Assembly: GCA_903911925.1 (NCBI GenBank)
Contig: CAIWFH010000188.1
Coordinates: 4,930-68,929, forward strand
Source: an uncultured Acidobacteriaceae bacterium
Lineage (GTDB): Bacteria; Acidobacteriota; Terriglobia; Terriglobales; Acidobacteriaceae
DNA: 64,000 nt
Direction of reading: 5' to 3'
In this document: piece by piece, positions 40,062-53,855 of the stretch
Layout: the number at the start of each line of letters is the position of its first letter
Position numbering within the stretch: the stretch's first letter is position 1
The notes under the pieces: generated by a model
Told to the model about the DNA's origin: nothing
Databases searched by the model: none
Seen by the model: the letters and a program-made list of their open reading frames with translations, nothing else
Position numbers and translations under genes: made by a program

Positions 40062-41015
40062 TCAGTCGCGGGCCGAGGCAGCGCCGGCAAGCAGGCTCGC
40101 TTTCACGTCGCGCATGGGCGGTTGGCCAAAGAGCCGGCTGTACTCGCGATTGAACTGGCTTGCGCTTTCATAGCCGACTTCAAAGGCTGCGCTGGCGGCG
40201 TCAATGCCCTCAGTCAGCATCCGCACGCGTGCCGTATGCAGGCGCAGCCGCTTCTGGTACTGCAACGGGCTCATCGAGGTGAGCGAGCGGAATTGATGGT
40301 GGAACGTGGAAACGCCCATCTGCGCCACGCCCGCGAGTTCTTCAACGCGCAATGGCCGGGTGTAATTTGTCTTGAGCCAGGCAACGGCTTTTGCGGTCCG
40401 GTTGCTCTGCTCGCCCAGCGTGGCGATGGCGCGCAGGTGGCGGCCCAGCGGCGAGCGCAGCACGCGATAGATGATCTCCCTCTGCATCAGGCCGCCGAGA
40501 AAGGGAATGTCTGCGGGCTTGTCGAGAAGGTCGAGCAAGCGGCAGCAGGCGCCGAGCAACTCCACTGTGGTTTTGCCCACCGCCATGCCGCGGGTGCCCG
40601 AGGCGACCCCGGGAACCAGGAACTCGTCCTGCGAGAGAATTTCGCGCACCACGGGCATTTCAAGTTTGATGAAGAGCCCGAGGAACGGCTCGGTCTTGGA
40701 TGCCCCAGTGATCTGGCCCAGCACCGGCATGTCGACCGAGGTAAGAAGGAAGTTGGAGCCATTGCATATATGTGTCGTGCCGCCGGCATTGATTCGCTTT
40801 TCTCCCTGGGCAAAGACAACCAGTTCCGGCTGGTAGGCGGCGGAGTAGCACTCTGAGGGCGCGCTGTGCCGCGAAAGTCCCAAACCGGGCACTGCTGTGG
40901 CAATCGGCCCTTCAACTTGGATGTGGGATGCGATCTTGCCTGCCAGTTCGGCCCGCAACCGGGCGAGTTCCGCCGGCGTTTCTCCGCTTTTGACCTTCCG
41001 TTCCGCTGTCTGCAC
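40062..41015 (-). CDS. AraC-family transcriptional regulator (YqhC-like, AraC_N + HTH)
   Basis: HHQFRSLTSMSPLQYQKRLRL, VGYESASQFNREYSRLFG; GTG start at 41015 with aaggag RBS 9 nt upstream. Confidence 0.93.
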   Translation of the reverse strand: MQTAERKVKSGETPAELARLRAELAGKIASHIQVEGPIATAVPGLGLSRHSAPSECYSAAYQPELVVFAQGEKRINAGGTTHICNGSNFLLTSVDMPVLGQITGASKTEPFLGLFIKLEMPVVREILSQDEFLVPGVASGTRGMAVGKTTVELLGACCRLLDLLDKPADIPFLGGLMQREIIYRVLRSPLGRHLRAIATLGEQSNRTAKAVAWLKTNYTRPLRVEELAGVAQMGVSTFHHQFRSLTSMSPLQYQKRLRLHTARVRMLTEGIDAASAAFEVGYESASQFNREYSRLFGQPPMRDVKASLLAGAASARD

Positions 41016-41082
41016 TTCGCATGGCTCCTTCAAACTCAATCTACCGCCGAACTCGCTCGTCCTGCACAAAAAAGCATATTTC

Positions 41083-41118
41083 GACAGGAATAGGCAAGCA
41101 ATAGGAAGGATCGGGATA
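41083..41118 (+). promoter_or_regulatory. candidate AraC tandem half-sites in the divergent promoter
   Basis: gacaggaataggcaa and ggaaggatcgggata at 21-bp period. Confidence 0.45.
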
Positions 41119-41214
41119 CCGCCCTGAATCCCTTCCTCAATAGCATCGGAATTGCGGAAATGCTTTTCTGGCCGGCGTCGCCGGGCCCGATGACGAAGCC
41201 CGCCGGAGAAGAAA

Positions 41215-42549
41215 GTGCAAAACACGATTAGCTACGCCCGCAAGCCATTCGTTATCGTCCTATTCCTTACGCTGGTGTGCCTGTGGGCTCATGCTCAAAG
41301 CGTTGCGGAGACAGGGCTGCCGGATGCTCCGAGAGCCTCTGAGCGTTCCATCGAAGACCTGAACTATCTCGGCGGCGACGTGTCGATGCCGCCAATAGTC
41401 GATAGCATCGTGGATGTTAATTCCCGCTTTCGCCGGGCGCTATTCAGCAAGGGGGTGGCCCTCCGGGTCATCTCCATGTCGCAGTATGTGCAAAACACTC
41501 TTGCTGCACCCGTCCCCGCCGATCAGCAGGCCTACGTCGGCCAGAGCCCTTTCGGGAATGTCATGGTTCAGCCCATACTGAGCGCCGACCTGCGTCAATT
41601 GCACCTGCATCACGCCCAGTTCTACACAGGCAGCGTTTGGAACTGGGTCAGTTGGAACCCCGCCGGGCCCAAGGCGTTCCAGTTGTGGGATCTCTACCTC
41701 TACAAGGAGTTCGGGAAGGACCGCGTGGAGTTGAAAGGCGGCTACACCACAAATGGCCTCGACTTCATCGGCCTTTTTGTCGGCGGCAACACCAGCACCG
41801 GCCCGCAGGGCGTCTATGCTGTTCTGCCCTACGAGGTCGGCATGTCCTACTTTCCGATGACCACGCCCGGCGCCGATATCCGCATCAACGGTCCGAAGTT
41901 CACTTATCTGAAATCCGGCTTCCAACGCAGCATCGACCCCGACGGTGGACCCACTGAAGTGCAGCGCAATCACACCGGCTTCCGCCCTGTGCCACACGGA
42001 GACAAGCTTCTTGTAATTGAAGAGGCCGGCTACCAGCGGCCTGCGGCCACCGCGCCCATGTTGTGGTTTCGCACCGGGTATATGCACAACAGTACGCCTT
42101 ACCTAAGCTTCGCCGATGGCAAAAGGGAGGCAGGCAACCACGCAGCTTTCGCGCTTATTGACTATCAACTCCGTCAACCCTCTCCAACCCGACCGGCTCA
42201 CGGGCTCTATGTCGGCGGCACCTTCATCCAGGCGGCACCGCGCTTCAACGCATACGACCTCTACTACGAGGCCCGCATCTACCAGAAGGCTCCCTTCCGC
42301 TCGCGCCCGAATGACATGATCTCTGTGGTTTCCACCTATGGCGGCCATAGCCACTACCTCACCGATACGCTTGTGGCTCAGAGCAAGACCGTATGGCGCA
42401 ACGGCGCCTCTCTAACCGGCAGTTACTCGCTCCCCGTCCACAACGGACAATTCGCTACGTTAGGCCTCAGTTATATTCGCGGCCAGGCCATCACCCCGCG
42501 CGTAAGTGATGCGCTCACCTTCAACGCTACCTACCTGCTGTTCTTCTAG
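41215..42549 (+). CDS. carbohydrate-selective porin (OprB-like)
   Basis: Signal peptide; alternating beta-strands; ELKGGY; YEARIYQ; terminal aromatic F. Confidence 0.75.
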   Translation: MQNTISYARKPFVIVLFLTLVCLWAHAQSVAETGLPDAPRASERSIEDLNYLGGDVSMPPIVDSIVDVNSRFRRALFSKGVALRVISMSQYVQNTLAAPVPADQQAYVGQSPFGNVMVQPILSADLRQLHLHHAQFYTGSVWNWVSWNPAGPKAFQLWDLYLYKEFGKDRVELKGGYTTNGLDFIGLFVGGNTSTGPQGVYAVLPYEVGMSYFPMTTPGADIRINGPKFTYLKSGFQRSIDPDGGPTEVQRNHTGFRPVPHGDKLLVIEEAGYQRPAATAPMLWFRTGYMHNSTPYLSFADGKREAGNHAAFALIDYQLRQPSPTRPAHGLYVGGTFIQAAPRFNAYDLYYEARIYQKAPFRSRPNDMISVVSTYGGHSHYLTDTLVAQSKTVWRNGASLTGSYSLPVHNGQFATLGLSYIRGQAITPRVSDALTFNATYLLFF

Positions 42550-42675
42550 TTCCGTGCTGGAGGCATCGCACCGTTGAGTACCAATTCCAATTTCGAGAGC
42601 GCGAGGAGATTGACATTTTGCAGGCACGTCGACAGGTACGATAATCAACATCAACAGGAATCTTGAGGTCACTTT

Positions 42676-44800
<2,125 letters not shown>

Positions 44801-44827
44801 GCGGAATTCCGCGGGAGGAGCACGAAA

Positions 44828-46331
<1,504 letters not shown>

Positions 46332-46437
46332 GTGCCCGCGTGTCAAAGCGGCCTGAAGACGGAACCGGCGGGTACTGAGAAATGATCGGGGCCCGGCGGA
46401 GGAAACTGACATGAATTGCAGTTACGAAAGGAAACCG

Positions 46438-46974
46438 ATGAGCAAGCGCGTCTTGATACTCTCCTCGAGCCCCCGGAAGAAGGGCAACTCAAATGCACTT
46501 TGCGACCGCTTTATGGAGGGCGCAATCGAAGCCAGGCATGAGGTTGAGAAAGTGGTGCTCGCGGAGAAAGACATCAACTACTGCACCGGATGTTATGCCT
46601 GCAAGAAGAACGGGCGGTGCGCGCAGAAGGACGACATGGCGCCGATTCTTGAGAGCATACAAGCGGCCGATGTGATCGTGATGGCAACGCCGGTCTATTT
46701 CTACTCGATGTCCGCGCAGATGAAGACCTTAATTGACCGCACCGTGGCTCAATACACGAAGATCGCGAACAAGGATTTCTATTTCGTGGTGACCGCCGCC
46801 GACACTTACGAGCCGGCGCTGGAGCGGACCATCGAGGGCTTCCGCGGATTTACTTCGTGCCTGCCGGGGGCTAAGGAAAAGGGCATCGTTTACGGGACAG
46901 GCGCGTGGGGGATTGGCGATATTCAAGGAAGCCCGGCGATGAAGCAGGCGTATGAGATGGGCAAGGCGCTGTAG
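46438..46974 (+). CDS. flavodoxin / NADPH-dependent FMN reductase with iron-sulfur flavoprotein-like Cys cluster
   Basis: SSSPRKKGNS, CTGCYAC...C, ATPVYFYSMSAQMKTLIDR. Confidence 0.9.
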   Translation: MSKRVLILSSSPRKKGNSNALCDRFMEGAIEARHEVEKVVLAEKDINYCTGCYACKKNGRCAQKDDMAPILESIQAADVIVMATPVYFYSMSAQMKTLIDRTVAQYTKIANKDFYFVVTAADTYEPALERTIEGFRGFTSCLPGAKEKGIVYGTGAWGIGDIQGSPAMKQAYEMGKAL

Positions 46975-47054
46975 AGGGTTCGGGAACGGATTGCCAGGTC
47001 GAGAGATGAATCGAAGAGATATGATGGTTGAACCGTGGACCTTCAGGTGGCTCA

Positions 47055-47573
47055 ATGACAGCTCTCACAGAATGGCAAAACTTCTATGTAATTGTCGGCT
47101 CCTCAGCGGGCGCTCTGATCGGATTGCAGTTTGTTGTGATTGCCTTGATTGCCAGTCTGCCCCGCAAGGTCGATTTGGCCCATGCCGGAGCGGCATTTTC
47201 AACTCCAACCATTGTCTACTTTGCATCCGTACTCTTTTTGGCTGCTCTCATGTGCGCTCCCTGGCACAGTTTCATGCCGGTGATTGCTTTTTGGGGAGCG
47301 GCGGGCCTAGCCGGAATCCTTTACTGCGCAATCATCACGCGGACCATGCAGCGCCAAACTGCGTACAGGCCTGAGTTTGAAGACTGGCTCTTTCACTCCG
47401 TGTTGCCGATTGCGGCTTTCATCGCACTGGCCGCATCGGCGGCAAGCGGACTCGCGCAGCCGGGCGCATCGTTGTTTTGCGTTGCCGGATCCACGCTCTT
47501 GCTTCTTCTGGTCGGAATCCATAACGCCTGGGACAATGTCACCTATCACGTCTTCATCAAAAAGCAGCCATAG
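47055..47573 (+). CDS. membrane protein of unknown function
   Basis: WQNFYVIVGSSAGALIGLQFVVI; about 5 TM helices; GIHNAWD. Confidence 0.8.
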   Translation: MTALTEWQNFYVIVGSSAGALIGLQFVVIALIASLPRKVDLAHAGAAFSTPTIVYFASVLFLAALMCAPWHSFMPVIAFWGAAGLAGILYCAIITRTMQRQTAYRPEFEDWLFHSVLPIAAFIALAASAASGLAQPGASLFCVAGSTLLLLLVGIHNAWDNVTYHVFIKKQP

Positions 47574-47609
47574 GACGAGAAGTTTCATCCGTCGAAGGAG
47601 ATATCCAAA

Positions 47610-48005
47610 ATGGAGATCAAGCGAGTCGGTTCACAGCCTTCGGGCAAGGGGCCGGCAGATTACTTCACCGGCACGGTGCGCGTAGACATGCTGTTTGACT
47701 CGCCCGATCCGGCACGCGTTGTGGGCGCACATGTGACATTCGAACCCGGAGCCCGCACCGCATGGCATACCCACCCGCTTGGCCAGACGCTGGTTGTCAC
47801 TTCCGGTTGCGGACGGGCGCAGCGCCTGGGCGGCCCGATTGAGGAGATCCGGCCCGGCGACGTCATCTGGTTTGCACCGGGCGAGAAGCACTGGCACGGT
47901 GCGGCGCAGACGACGGCAATGACGCACATTGCGATTCAGGAAAAGCTGAACGGGAAGACAGTTGACTGGATGGAGCAGGTGAGCGACGAGCAGTATGGAA
48001 CATAG
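47610..48005 (+). CDS. cupin-domain protein
   Basis: [36 protein letters not shown]. Confidence 0.92.
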   Translation: MEIKRVGSQPSGKGPADYFTGTVRVDMLFDSPDPARVVGAHVTFEPGARTAWHTHPLGQTLVVTSGCGRAQRLGGPIEEIRPGDVIWFAPGEKHWHGAAQTTAMTHIAIQEKLNGKTVDWMEQVSDEQYGT

Positions 48006-48226
48006 GTCTGTGGGCTTCCTCGGCGGACGCCGGATTGGAGGGGTACCCCGGTGACCATGCCACGTCCCATTCTCTGCTTTTTCCGGACGGTTACGGTTCC
48101 GGCCGGACAGCCGATCTGCGACGACTCCTTTTATACATCCTGAATGACCTGTCTTCTGCTTTCGTAGATAGAGGAATGGATGCGAATCCGGCGGACTCTT
48201 GCCGCGCGTATCTATCGAAACTAACG

Positions 48227-49042
48227 ATGAAAAAATCTTTGCTATCTCACCTCAAGTCTTTGTCACTCGTCGCTATTCTTGTCTGCGGCCTGCAATCCCG
48301 CGCTTCCGCGGAGCCGATACCCGTTCGCTATCCGGAGGGAACGCTCCACGGTTTTCTCGAATTGCGCTCGGAAGATGGCCGTCTGCTGGCTGTTGGAGAC
48401 CTGGTGCAAAACGTCAGTGGTGATCGGGTAACCGCGAGATTGATCTTCCATTTCAAAGATGGCTCCGTTGACGATGAGACGACGGTTTTCACGCAGCACC
48501 GCAGCTTCCGCCTGATCACCGACCACCACATTCAGAAAGGGCCGTTCTTCCCCCAGCCGCTCGATCTCGCCATCGACACGCGCAGCCGCGAAGTTACGGT
48601 GCGCACCACGGGGAAGGATGGCAAAGATGAAGTCAAGACGGAGCATCTTGACATGCCGCCGGATCTGGTAAACGGGATGGTGAGCCTGATTATCAAAAAC
48701 CTGCGGCCCGATGCTGGAGATACAAGAGTCTCCATGCTGGTGACTACGCCGAAGCCGCGGATGGTCAAGCTGGCCATCTCTCCCCGCGGCGAAGAGCCCT
48801 TCACGCTGGTCGATTCTTCGCGAAAGCCGCTGCATTTTGAGATCAAGATTGAGCTTGGCGGAGTTGCGGGCATGGTTGCGCCCATCATTGGGAAGCAGCC
48901 GCCCAACATCCAGATTTGGATCCTTGGCGGGCAGGCTCCGCTCTTCATCCGGGAGGAAGGCCAGATCTACCAGGACAGCCCCATCCTCACCATTCAGCTG
49001 TTCAGTCCGGTTTGGCCGAATTCGCCTCATGCCGGAAATTAG
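48227..49042 (+). CDS. secreted hypothetical protein
   Basis: Signal peptide MKKSLL...ASA from ATG 48227; beta-rich mature part. Confidence 0.8.
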   Translation: MKKSLLSHLKSLSLVAILVCGLQSRASAEPIPVRYPEGTLHGFLELRSEDGRLLAVGDLVQNVSGDRVTARLIFHFKDGSVDDETTVFTQHRSFRLITDHHIQKGPFFPQPLDLAIDTRSREVTVRTTGKDGKDEVKTEHLDMPPDLVNGMVSLIIKNLRPDAGDTRVSMLVTTPKPRMVKLAISPRGEEPFTLVDSSRKPLHFEIKIELGGVAGMVAPIIGKQPPNIQIWILGGQAPLFIREEGQIYQDSPILTIQLFSPVWPNSPHAGN

Positions 49043-49053
49043 GGCGGCCGCAT

Positions 49054-50535
49054 TTACCAGAAAGTACAAGTAACAAGATGCGGCGGGCCTGCGTGGTTGT
49101 CCAGAATCTGCGTACGCAGTACGGCTTCCATATTCAGCCGCTGCCAATCGCGCGGCGCGTGCGCGGTCAACTCCGCTGTGCGCGCGGGGTCAAGCAGAAA
49201 CTGCGCGGCTGCGTTGGTGCCGTTGGCGCCCAGCCCTGCCACCACCAGCACCGGCCGCCCGGTGGTCTGGTCGAAGATACGGGCCACAAGGGCGAAGTCC
49301 TCGGTGGCGTGGTCGAAAGACTGTGCCATGTTTACGTTCCATCCGCCCTGCTCCGGATGCTGCCGGTCTTCGATGGAATAAATATAGGTACCGCCGCGCC
49401 GCACAAAGTGAAAGCGCAGCGGCTCGGTCACCCGCATGGTCCACACGTTATCGAGGCCGCCCACCAGCACGCTGGCCCCGCGCTGCAAGTCCGGATAACT
49501 GGCCTGCGAAGAGAGTTCGAGCGCAAAGGGCTTGTTGTGCTGCGCAAGAAAACCCACGAGTCCGGCCTGCGCCAGCGTGTCGCGATAGTTGACCATCTCG
49601 CCCATGCGCAACAGTTGAATGAGCCCGGCGGCTTGCGCCTGGTTGCGGTCGGCCGAAGCGCTGACAGTGGAGGATAGATCCGCGATCACCAGTTGCACTT
49701 GCCCCGGCTCGCTGAGAATTGGCGCCCATAACTGGCGGTTTGCGCCGTGCGCCGACTGGTTGGCGTTCCAGGCAATCAGCGCAGAAGCAACGACAACAGC
49801 CAACACCGCCGCCGATGCCCCCCAACGGAGAGAAAGAGCAAAAGAACGACGCACTGGATAGGCGGCATCTCCGTCAGTTGAATCTGAGCTGCCATCGATC
49901 AAGTGGACGACTACGGATTCCCTGGCAGGTGATTGACTGGCGGGAAGGCCAGGAGAGCCCCCCTCAGGGGCTGAAGCCCGATTTATAGAGATAGCATTTT
50001 CGGCACGACTAAAATCATGCCCTATTACAAGACCCTGCGGATCCCCGGCGCGAAGGAGTTCGTGCCCTGCGACAGGGCCTGGGCTCTCCACAACAGCTGG
50101 CGCCTGCCGAAAGACCGGCACATAACTGCCCGGCCGCAGATCGATCTGCAACTCCCCGGCGTGTTCCGGCTGGTGATAGTACTGGGCGATCCGCTTGCGA
50201 ACTTCGCTGGCTGTGAGCCGTACCACCGTATCCTGGTTGGTGTCGTAATCCGGCGCGCGATGGAAAACGGTTACGCCAAGCGTGCGTTCCTTCAGCAGCG
50301 CCTCGTTCCCATCCAGTGCCTGCTCCACCAGGAACCGCAGCAGGGCGGGGTAGCGTTTGCTGTTTGAGAAAAGCGGACTCTCCAGCATCCGCTCCAACTG
50401 CCTGCGGACCGCCTTCTGGTCGCCTTCCGTTGCAGGAATCCAGCCATCGATGTGTGCTTCAGTTTCGATCATGCGATTCAACGCCTTGAAAACTGGTTGG
50501 CCGCTCACGCAGCCGCAATCCCCTGCTCCGTTCAA
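49054..50535 (-). CDS. membrane-spanning regulator-like protein (cytoplasmic wHTH-like N-domain, one TM, periplasmic domain); alternative start 50472
   Basis: QLERML...F...LLRFLVE...LKERTLG...F...VVR..ASEVRKRIAQYY...PGSYVPVF N-domain; TM WGASAAVLAVVVASALIAW. Confidence 0.8.
   Translation of the reverse strand: MNGAGDCGCVSGQPVFKALNRMIETEAHIDGWIPATEGDQKAVRRQLERMLESPLFSNSKRYPALLRFLVEQALDGNEALLKERTLGVTVFHRAPDYDTNQDTVVRLTASEVRKRIAQYYHQPEHAGELQIDLRPGSYVPVFRQAPAVVESPGPVAGHELLRAGDPQGLVIGHDFSRAENAISINRASAPEGGSPGLPASQSPARESVVVHLIDGSSDSTDGDAAYPVRRSFALSLRWGASAAVLAVVVASALIAWNANQSAHGANRQLWAPILSEPGQVQLVIADLSSTVSASADRNQAQAAGLIQLLRMGEMVNYRDTLAQAGLVGFLAQHNKPFALELSSQASYPDLQRGASVLVGGLDNVWTMRVTEPLRFHFVRRGGTYIYSIEDRQHPEQGGWNVNMAQSFDHATEDFALVARIFDQTTGRPVLVVAGLGANGTNAAAQFLLDPARTAELTAHAPRDWQRLNMEAVLRTQILDNHAGPPHLVTCTFW
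49957..50034. repeat. REP-like composite element inside a CDS
   Basis: ccccctcaggggctgaagccc...cggcacgactaaaatcatgccctattacaagacc; shares gggctgaagccc and tcRtgccct..t.caa with the intergenic copy at 58389-58434. Confidence 0.75.
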
Positions 50536-50782
50536 CGTAGCATACGTCCCTCACGCCACGCCAAGTTATAGGCGCAACGGCAACAATCTAAAGCTCCTCC
50601 ACGATGCCTCTGGGGTGGTTCGCACTTTCACACGGTAGCAACCTTGCGCCGCTCGGCCTCCGCTCCTAACATGATGCCCGAGTGATTCGTGTGCCTTGGC
50701 GCGTCGCGAAAGTCCTTTTGAAGAGCCCCGCCTGCGCGAGCCGCCTAACCACGATGAACCATTAGAGAGGTGGAATCCTGTG

Positions 50783-53041
50783 ATGATGTCTTCAACTTGC
50801 CGGAGCCGCGCCCTGGGCGCGATTGCCCTGGCGGCAGCTTTTGTATTAGCCCCAAGTGCGGTTGCCCAGTTCCCGGGCATGCCGCAACCCAAGCACTATG
50901 CCTGGTCCGATGCCACCCTTGCGCCCGATGTGCGCGCCGACCTGGTGCTGAAAGAGCTTACGCTCGACGAGAAAATCTCGCTGCTCCATGGGCAGGGCAT
51001 GCCCTTCTTCGTCTCAGGGCCAAGCGAGTCCAATGGCGGCGCGGGCTACTCGATTGCGATTCCGCGGTTGGGAATTCCCGCTGTTCAAATGGCCGATTCG
51101 GCCTACGGCGTAACCCGCGGCGATGCCTCCGGACGCTACTCGACGGCGCTGCCCAACGACCTGGCCGCTGCCTCTTCGTGGGATCCGCAGGCCGCTTACG
51201 AGTATGGCGCCCTGATTGGCCGCGAACTGCGCCAACAAGGCTACAGCATGTCGCTCGGCGGCGGCGTCAACCTGACCCGCGAGCCGCGCAATGGCCGCAC
51301 CTTCGAGTACCAGGGCGAAGACCCGCTGCTGGCCGGAACGCTCGACGGCAACTTCACCAAGGGCGTGCAGTCCGAACACATCATCGGCGACATCAAGCAC
51401 TACGCCATCAACGACCAGGAAAGCGGCCGCAACGCCGTCAACGCCAATATCGACAAGCGCTCCATGCGCGAGAGCGACCTGCGCGCCTTCCAGATCGCGC
51501 TCGACATCTCCGACGCCGGCGGCGTCATGTGCTCGTACAACCGCGTCAATGGTGACTTTGCCTGCGAGAACAGCTACCTGCTCACCGACGTTCTTAAGAA
51601 GGCCTTCCACTTCAAGGGCTTTGTTCTCTCCGACTGGGGCGGCACGCACTCCGCTGTCAAGGCCTCGCATGCCGGCCTCGACCAGGAACAGCCCGACAAG
51701 TACTTCTTCGGCGACGCGCTGAAGAAGGCCGTCGAGAGCGGCGAAGTTTCCCAGGCCGAGATCGACGAGCACGTCCATCGCATCATCCGCACCATCTTTG
51801 CCACCGGCCTGTTTGACAATCCGGTCGTCAAGCAGACTCCGGACGTGGAACATGGCTACGCCGTGGCCGAGAAGATTGCCGAGAAGAGCATCGTCCTGCT
51901 GAAGAACGAGCACAACGTGCTGCCTCTTGAGCCGAGCGTGCGCACCGTGGTTCTGATTGGCGGCCATGCCGACGTGGGCGTTATCTCGGGTGGCGGTTCG
52001 GCGCAGGTTGACGCGCCCGGCGGCTCGGCGGTTCCTCCGCCACCGGCCAGGAATATCATGGAGTCGTTCATGCGCCCGGAGTGGATGCCGAGTTCACCTC
52101 TGCGCGCGCTGGTGGCCAAGCTGCCCACAGTCAAGGTTACCTATGTCTCAGGCGACGATGTGGCGGCCGCTGTTGCTGCTGCCAAGGCCGCCGACGTGGC
52201 CATCGTCTTTGGCTACCAGTGGGAATCAGAAGGTCTCGACTTGCCCTCGCTGAGCCTGGCACCCGAGCAGAACAAGCTGATTGAAGCAGTGGCTGCCGCC
52301 AACGCGAAGACAGTTGTCGTCCTCGAAACCGGAAGCCCCGCCACCATGCCCTGGATCGATAAGGTCGCCGGCGTGGTTGAAATTTGGTACCCGGGCATCC
52401 GCGGAGCAGAAGCTCTGTCGAGCATCCTCACCGGCAAGGTCAACCCGACGGGCAAGCTCGCCGTGACCTTCCCGAAGAGCGACGCCGACCTGCCCCATCC
52501 CGCCATCGTCCAGCCGCCGAAGGAGTCCACCATGGACTTCAGCGACATTGGCGGTGACATCTCCGAATTCATGGCCAAGTCGGCAAAGGGCTTGCCGCCC
52601 TTCCAGACAACCTACGACGAGAAGCTCAAGGTCGGCTACAAGTGGTACGACGCGGAAAAGAGGCCCGTCCTGTTCCCCTTCGGCTTTGGCCTCTCCTACA
52701 CCACATACGCCTACTCCGGACTGACCGTGAAAAGCGGCGATGCACTGGCCGTCTCTTTCACCGTGAAGAACACAGGCAAGCGCGCGGGAACCGAAATTGC
52801 CCAAGTCTACGCTTCGCTTCCCGATTCAGCCGGCGAGCCGCCCAAGCGCCTAATCGGCTGGGCTCGCGTAGAGTTGGCTCCCGGCGAGTCGAAGCAAGTA
52901 TCCATTCCCGTAGCCCAGGACCGCCTGACCATCTTCGACGAAGGCACAGACGGCTGGAAGCTGGTCCCCGGCAGCTACAACGTGATGGCCGGCGGTTCCT
53001 CGCAGGACCTGCCGCTGCACCAGGCAGTCACGCTGCCGTAA
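50783..53041 (+). CDS. GH3 beta-glucosidase/xylosidase, secreted
   Basis: Signal peptide; REPRNGRTFEY.GED, KHY, MCSYN, FVLSDW nucleophile, WYPG, PFGFGLSYT, C-terminal Fn3-like domain. Confidence 0.95.
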   Translation: MMSSTCRSRALGAIALAAAFVLAPSAVAQFPGMPQPKHYAWSDATLAPDVRADLVLKELTLDEKISLLHGQGMPFFVSGPSESNGGAGYSIAIPRLGIPAVQMADSAYGVTRGDASGRYSTALPNDLAAASSWDPQAAYEYGALIGRELRQQGYSMSLGGGVNLTREPRNGRTFEYQGEDPLLAGTLDGNFTKGVQSEHIIGDIKHYAINDQESGRNAVNANIDKRSMRESDLRAFQIALDISDAGGVMCSYNRVNGDFACENSYLLTDVLKKAFHFKGFVLSDWGGTHSAVKASHAGLDQEQPDKYFFGDALKKAVESGEVSQAEIDEHVHRIIRTIFATGLFDNPVVKQTPDVEHGYAVAEKIAEKSIVLLKNEHNVLPLEPSVRTVVLIGGHADVGVISGGGSAQVDAPGGSAVPPPPARNIMESFMRPEWMPSSPLRALVAKLPTVKVTYVSGDDVAAAVAAAKAADVAIVFGYQWESEGLDLPSLSLAPEQNKLIEAVAAANAKTVVVLETGSPATMPWIDKVAGVVEIWYPGIRGAEALSSILTGKVNPTGKLAVTFPKSDADLPHPAIVQPPKESTMDFSDIGGDISEFMAKSAKGLPPFQTTYDEKLKVGYKWYDAEKRPVLFPFGFGLSYTTYAYSGLTVKSGDALAVSFTVKNTGKRAGTEIAQVYASLPDSAGEPPKRLIGWARVELAPGESKQVSIPVAQDRLTIFDEGTDGWKLVPGSYNVMAGGSSQDLPLHQAVTLP

Positions 53042-53056
53042 GCGCGAACCTGGTAA

Positions 53057-53099
53057 CGCAAAGCGGCCGCACCTATCCTGAGGGTGCGGCCGCTTTGCG
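53057..53099. terminator. bidirectional hairpin between convergent genes
   Basis: 17-bp perfect stem cgcaaagcggccgcacc / ggtgcggccgctttgcg. Confidence 0.8.
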
Positions 53100-53173
53100 C
53101 TCCGGTCAAATCAGTCCCCGCTCGGAGCATCTCCAAAGCGGTTCATCAACACCTCATCACAGTTCACTGATCA

Positions 53174-53695
53174 CTACTTGCTGATTGTCACAAACTTCCG
53201 CCCTGCATAGAGCCGGTACCCGCCTGCCGGGTTCGGCGCAATGGCCAGCGGCACCGGCCGCTTGAGAGCAGGATCGCTGCCTGTGGCCGCGGTCAGCACA
53301 TCGTGACCGCCAACGTCCGTCACGATAAACTTGCCACCGACGAACCCTATGCCATAAACGCCTGCCGGCAAGGGCTTGCCCACCACCTTGATGGGAACTT
53401 CCGTGATGAAATACGCCTGGTACTTCGCGGCAACGTCACTTGAGTAGCCGCTGGTATCTACCATGTAGGTCAGCAGGAAGTATCCATCGGCAAACTTCAC
53501 GCCACCCGAGTTACGGACCTGCGTGGTTGCCGTCTGCCCGCGGTAAAACACACTGGCCGGAACCAGCTTTTCCATATCCGCCGGCTTCAACACGGTGTCG
53601 GCTGCTGCCTGTGCCTTCATCATTCCCGGAGCCGCCAGTATCGTCACAGCCAGCATCCCGGCCGCCGCCATCTTGCCCATCGCTTTCAAACCCAT
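53174..53695 (-). CDS. secreted hypothetical protein
   Basis: Signal peptide ending AQA; RBS ggagg before ATG 53695; LPAGVYGIGF motif. Confidence 0.8.
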   Translation of the reverse strand: MGLKAMGKMAAAGMLAVTILAAPGMMKAQAAADTVLKPADMEKLVPASVFYRGQTATTQVRNSGGVKFADGYFLLTYMVDTSGYSSDVAAKYQAYFITEVPIKVVGKPLPAGVYGIGFVGGKFIVTDVGGHDVLTAATGSDPALKRPVPLAIAPNPAGGYRLYAGRKFVTISK

Positions 53696-53855
53696 CGTAA
53701 AACCTCCGTTTTTCTCTACTGCGTCAGGAGTATATCGCATCCTGTGCGGGAATTCCTCGGCCTGTTCCCTCAGATGGCTGCGCGGTGCGACAATCAACGC
53801 GTCGGAGCCGTTCTGTTTTTTGAGGGCGGATCCCGCCTAAAGGAGCAATCGAGCC

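Noticed and set aside
42605-42650. Sigma70 promoter TTGACA...GATAAT before the ADH gene
   Set aside because: Spacer is 21-24 bp, too long for a canonical promoter
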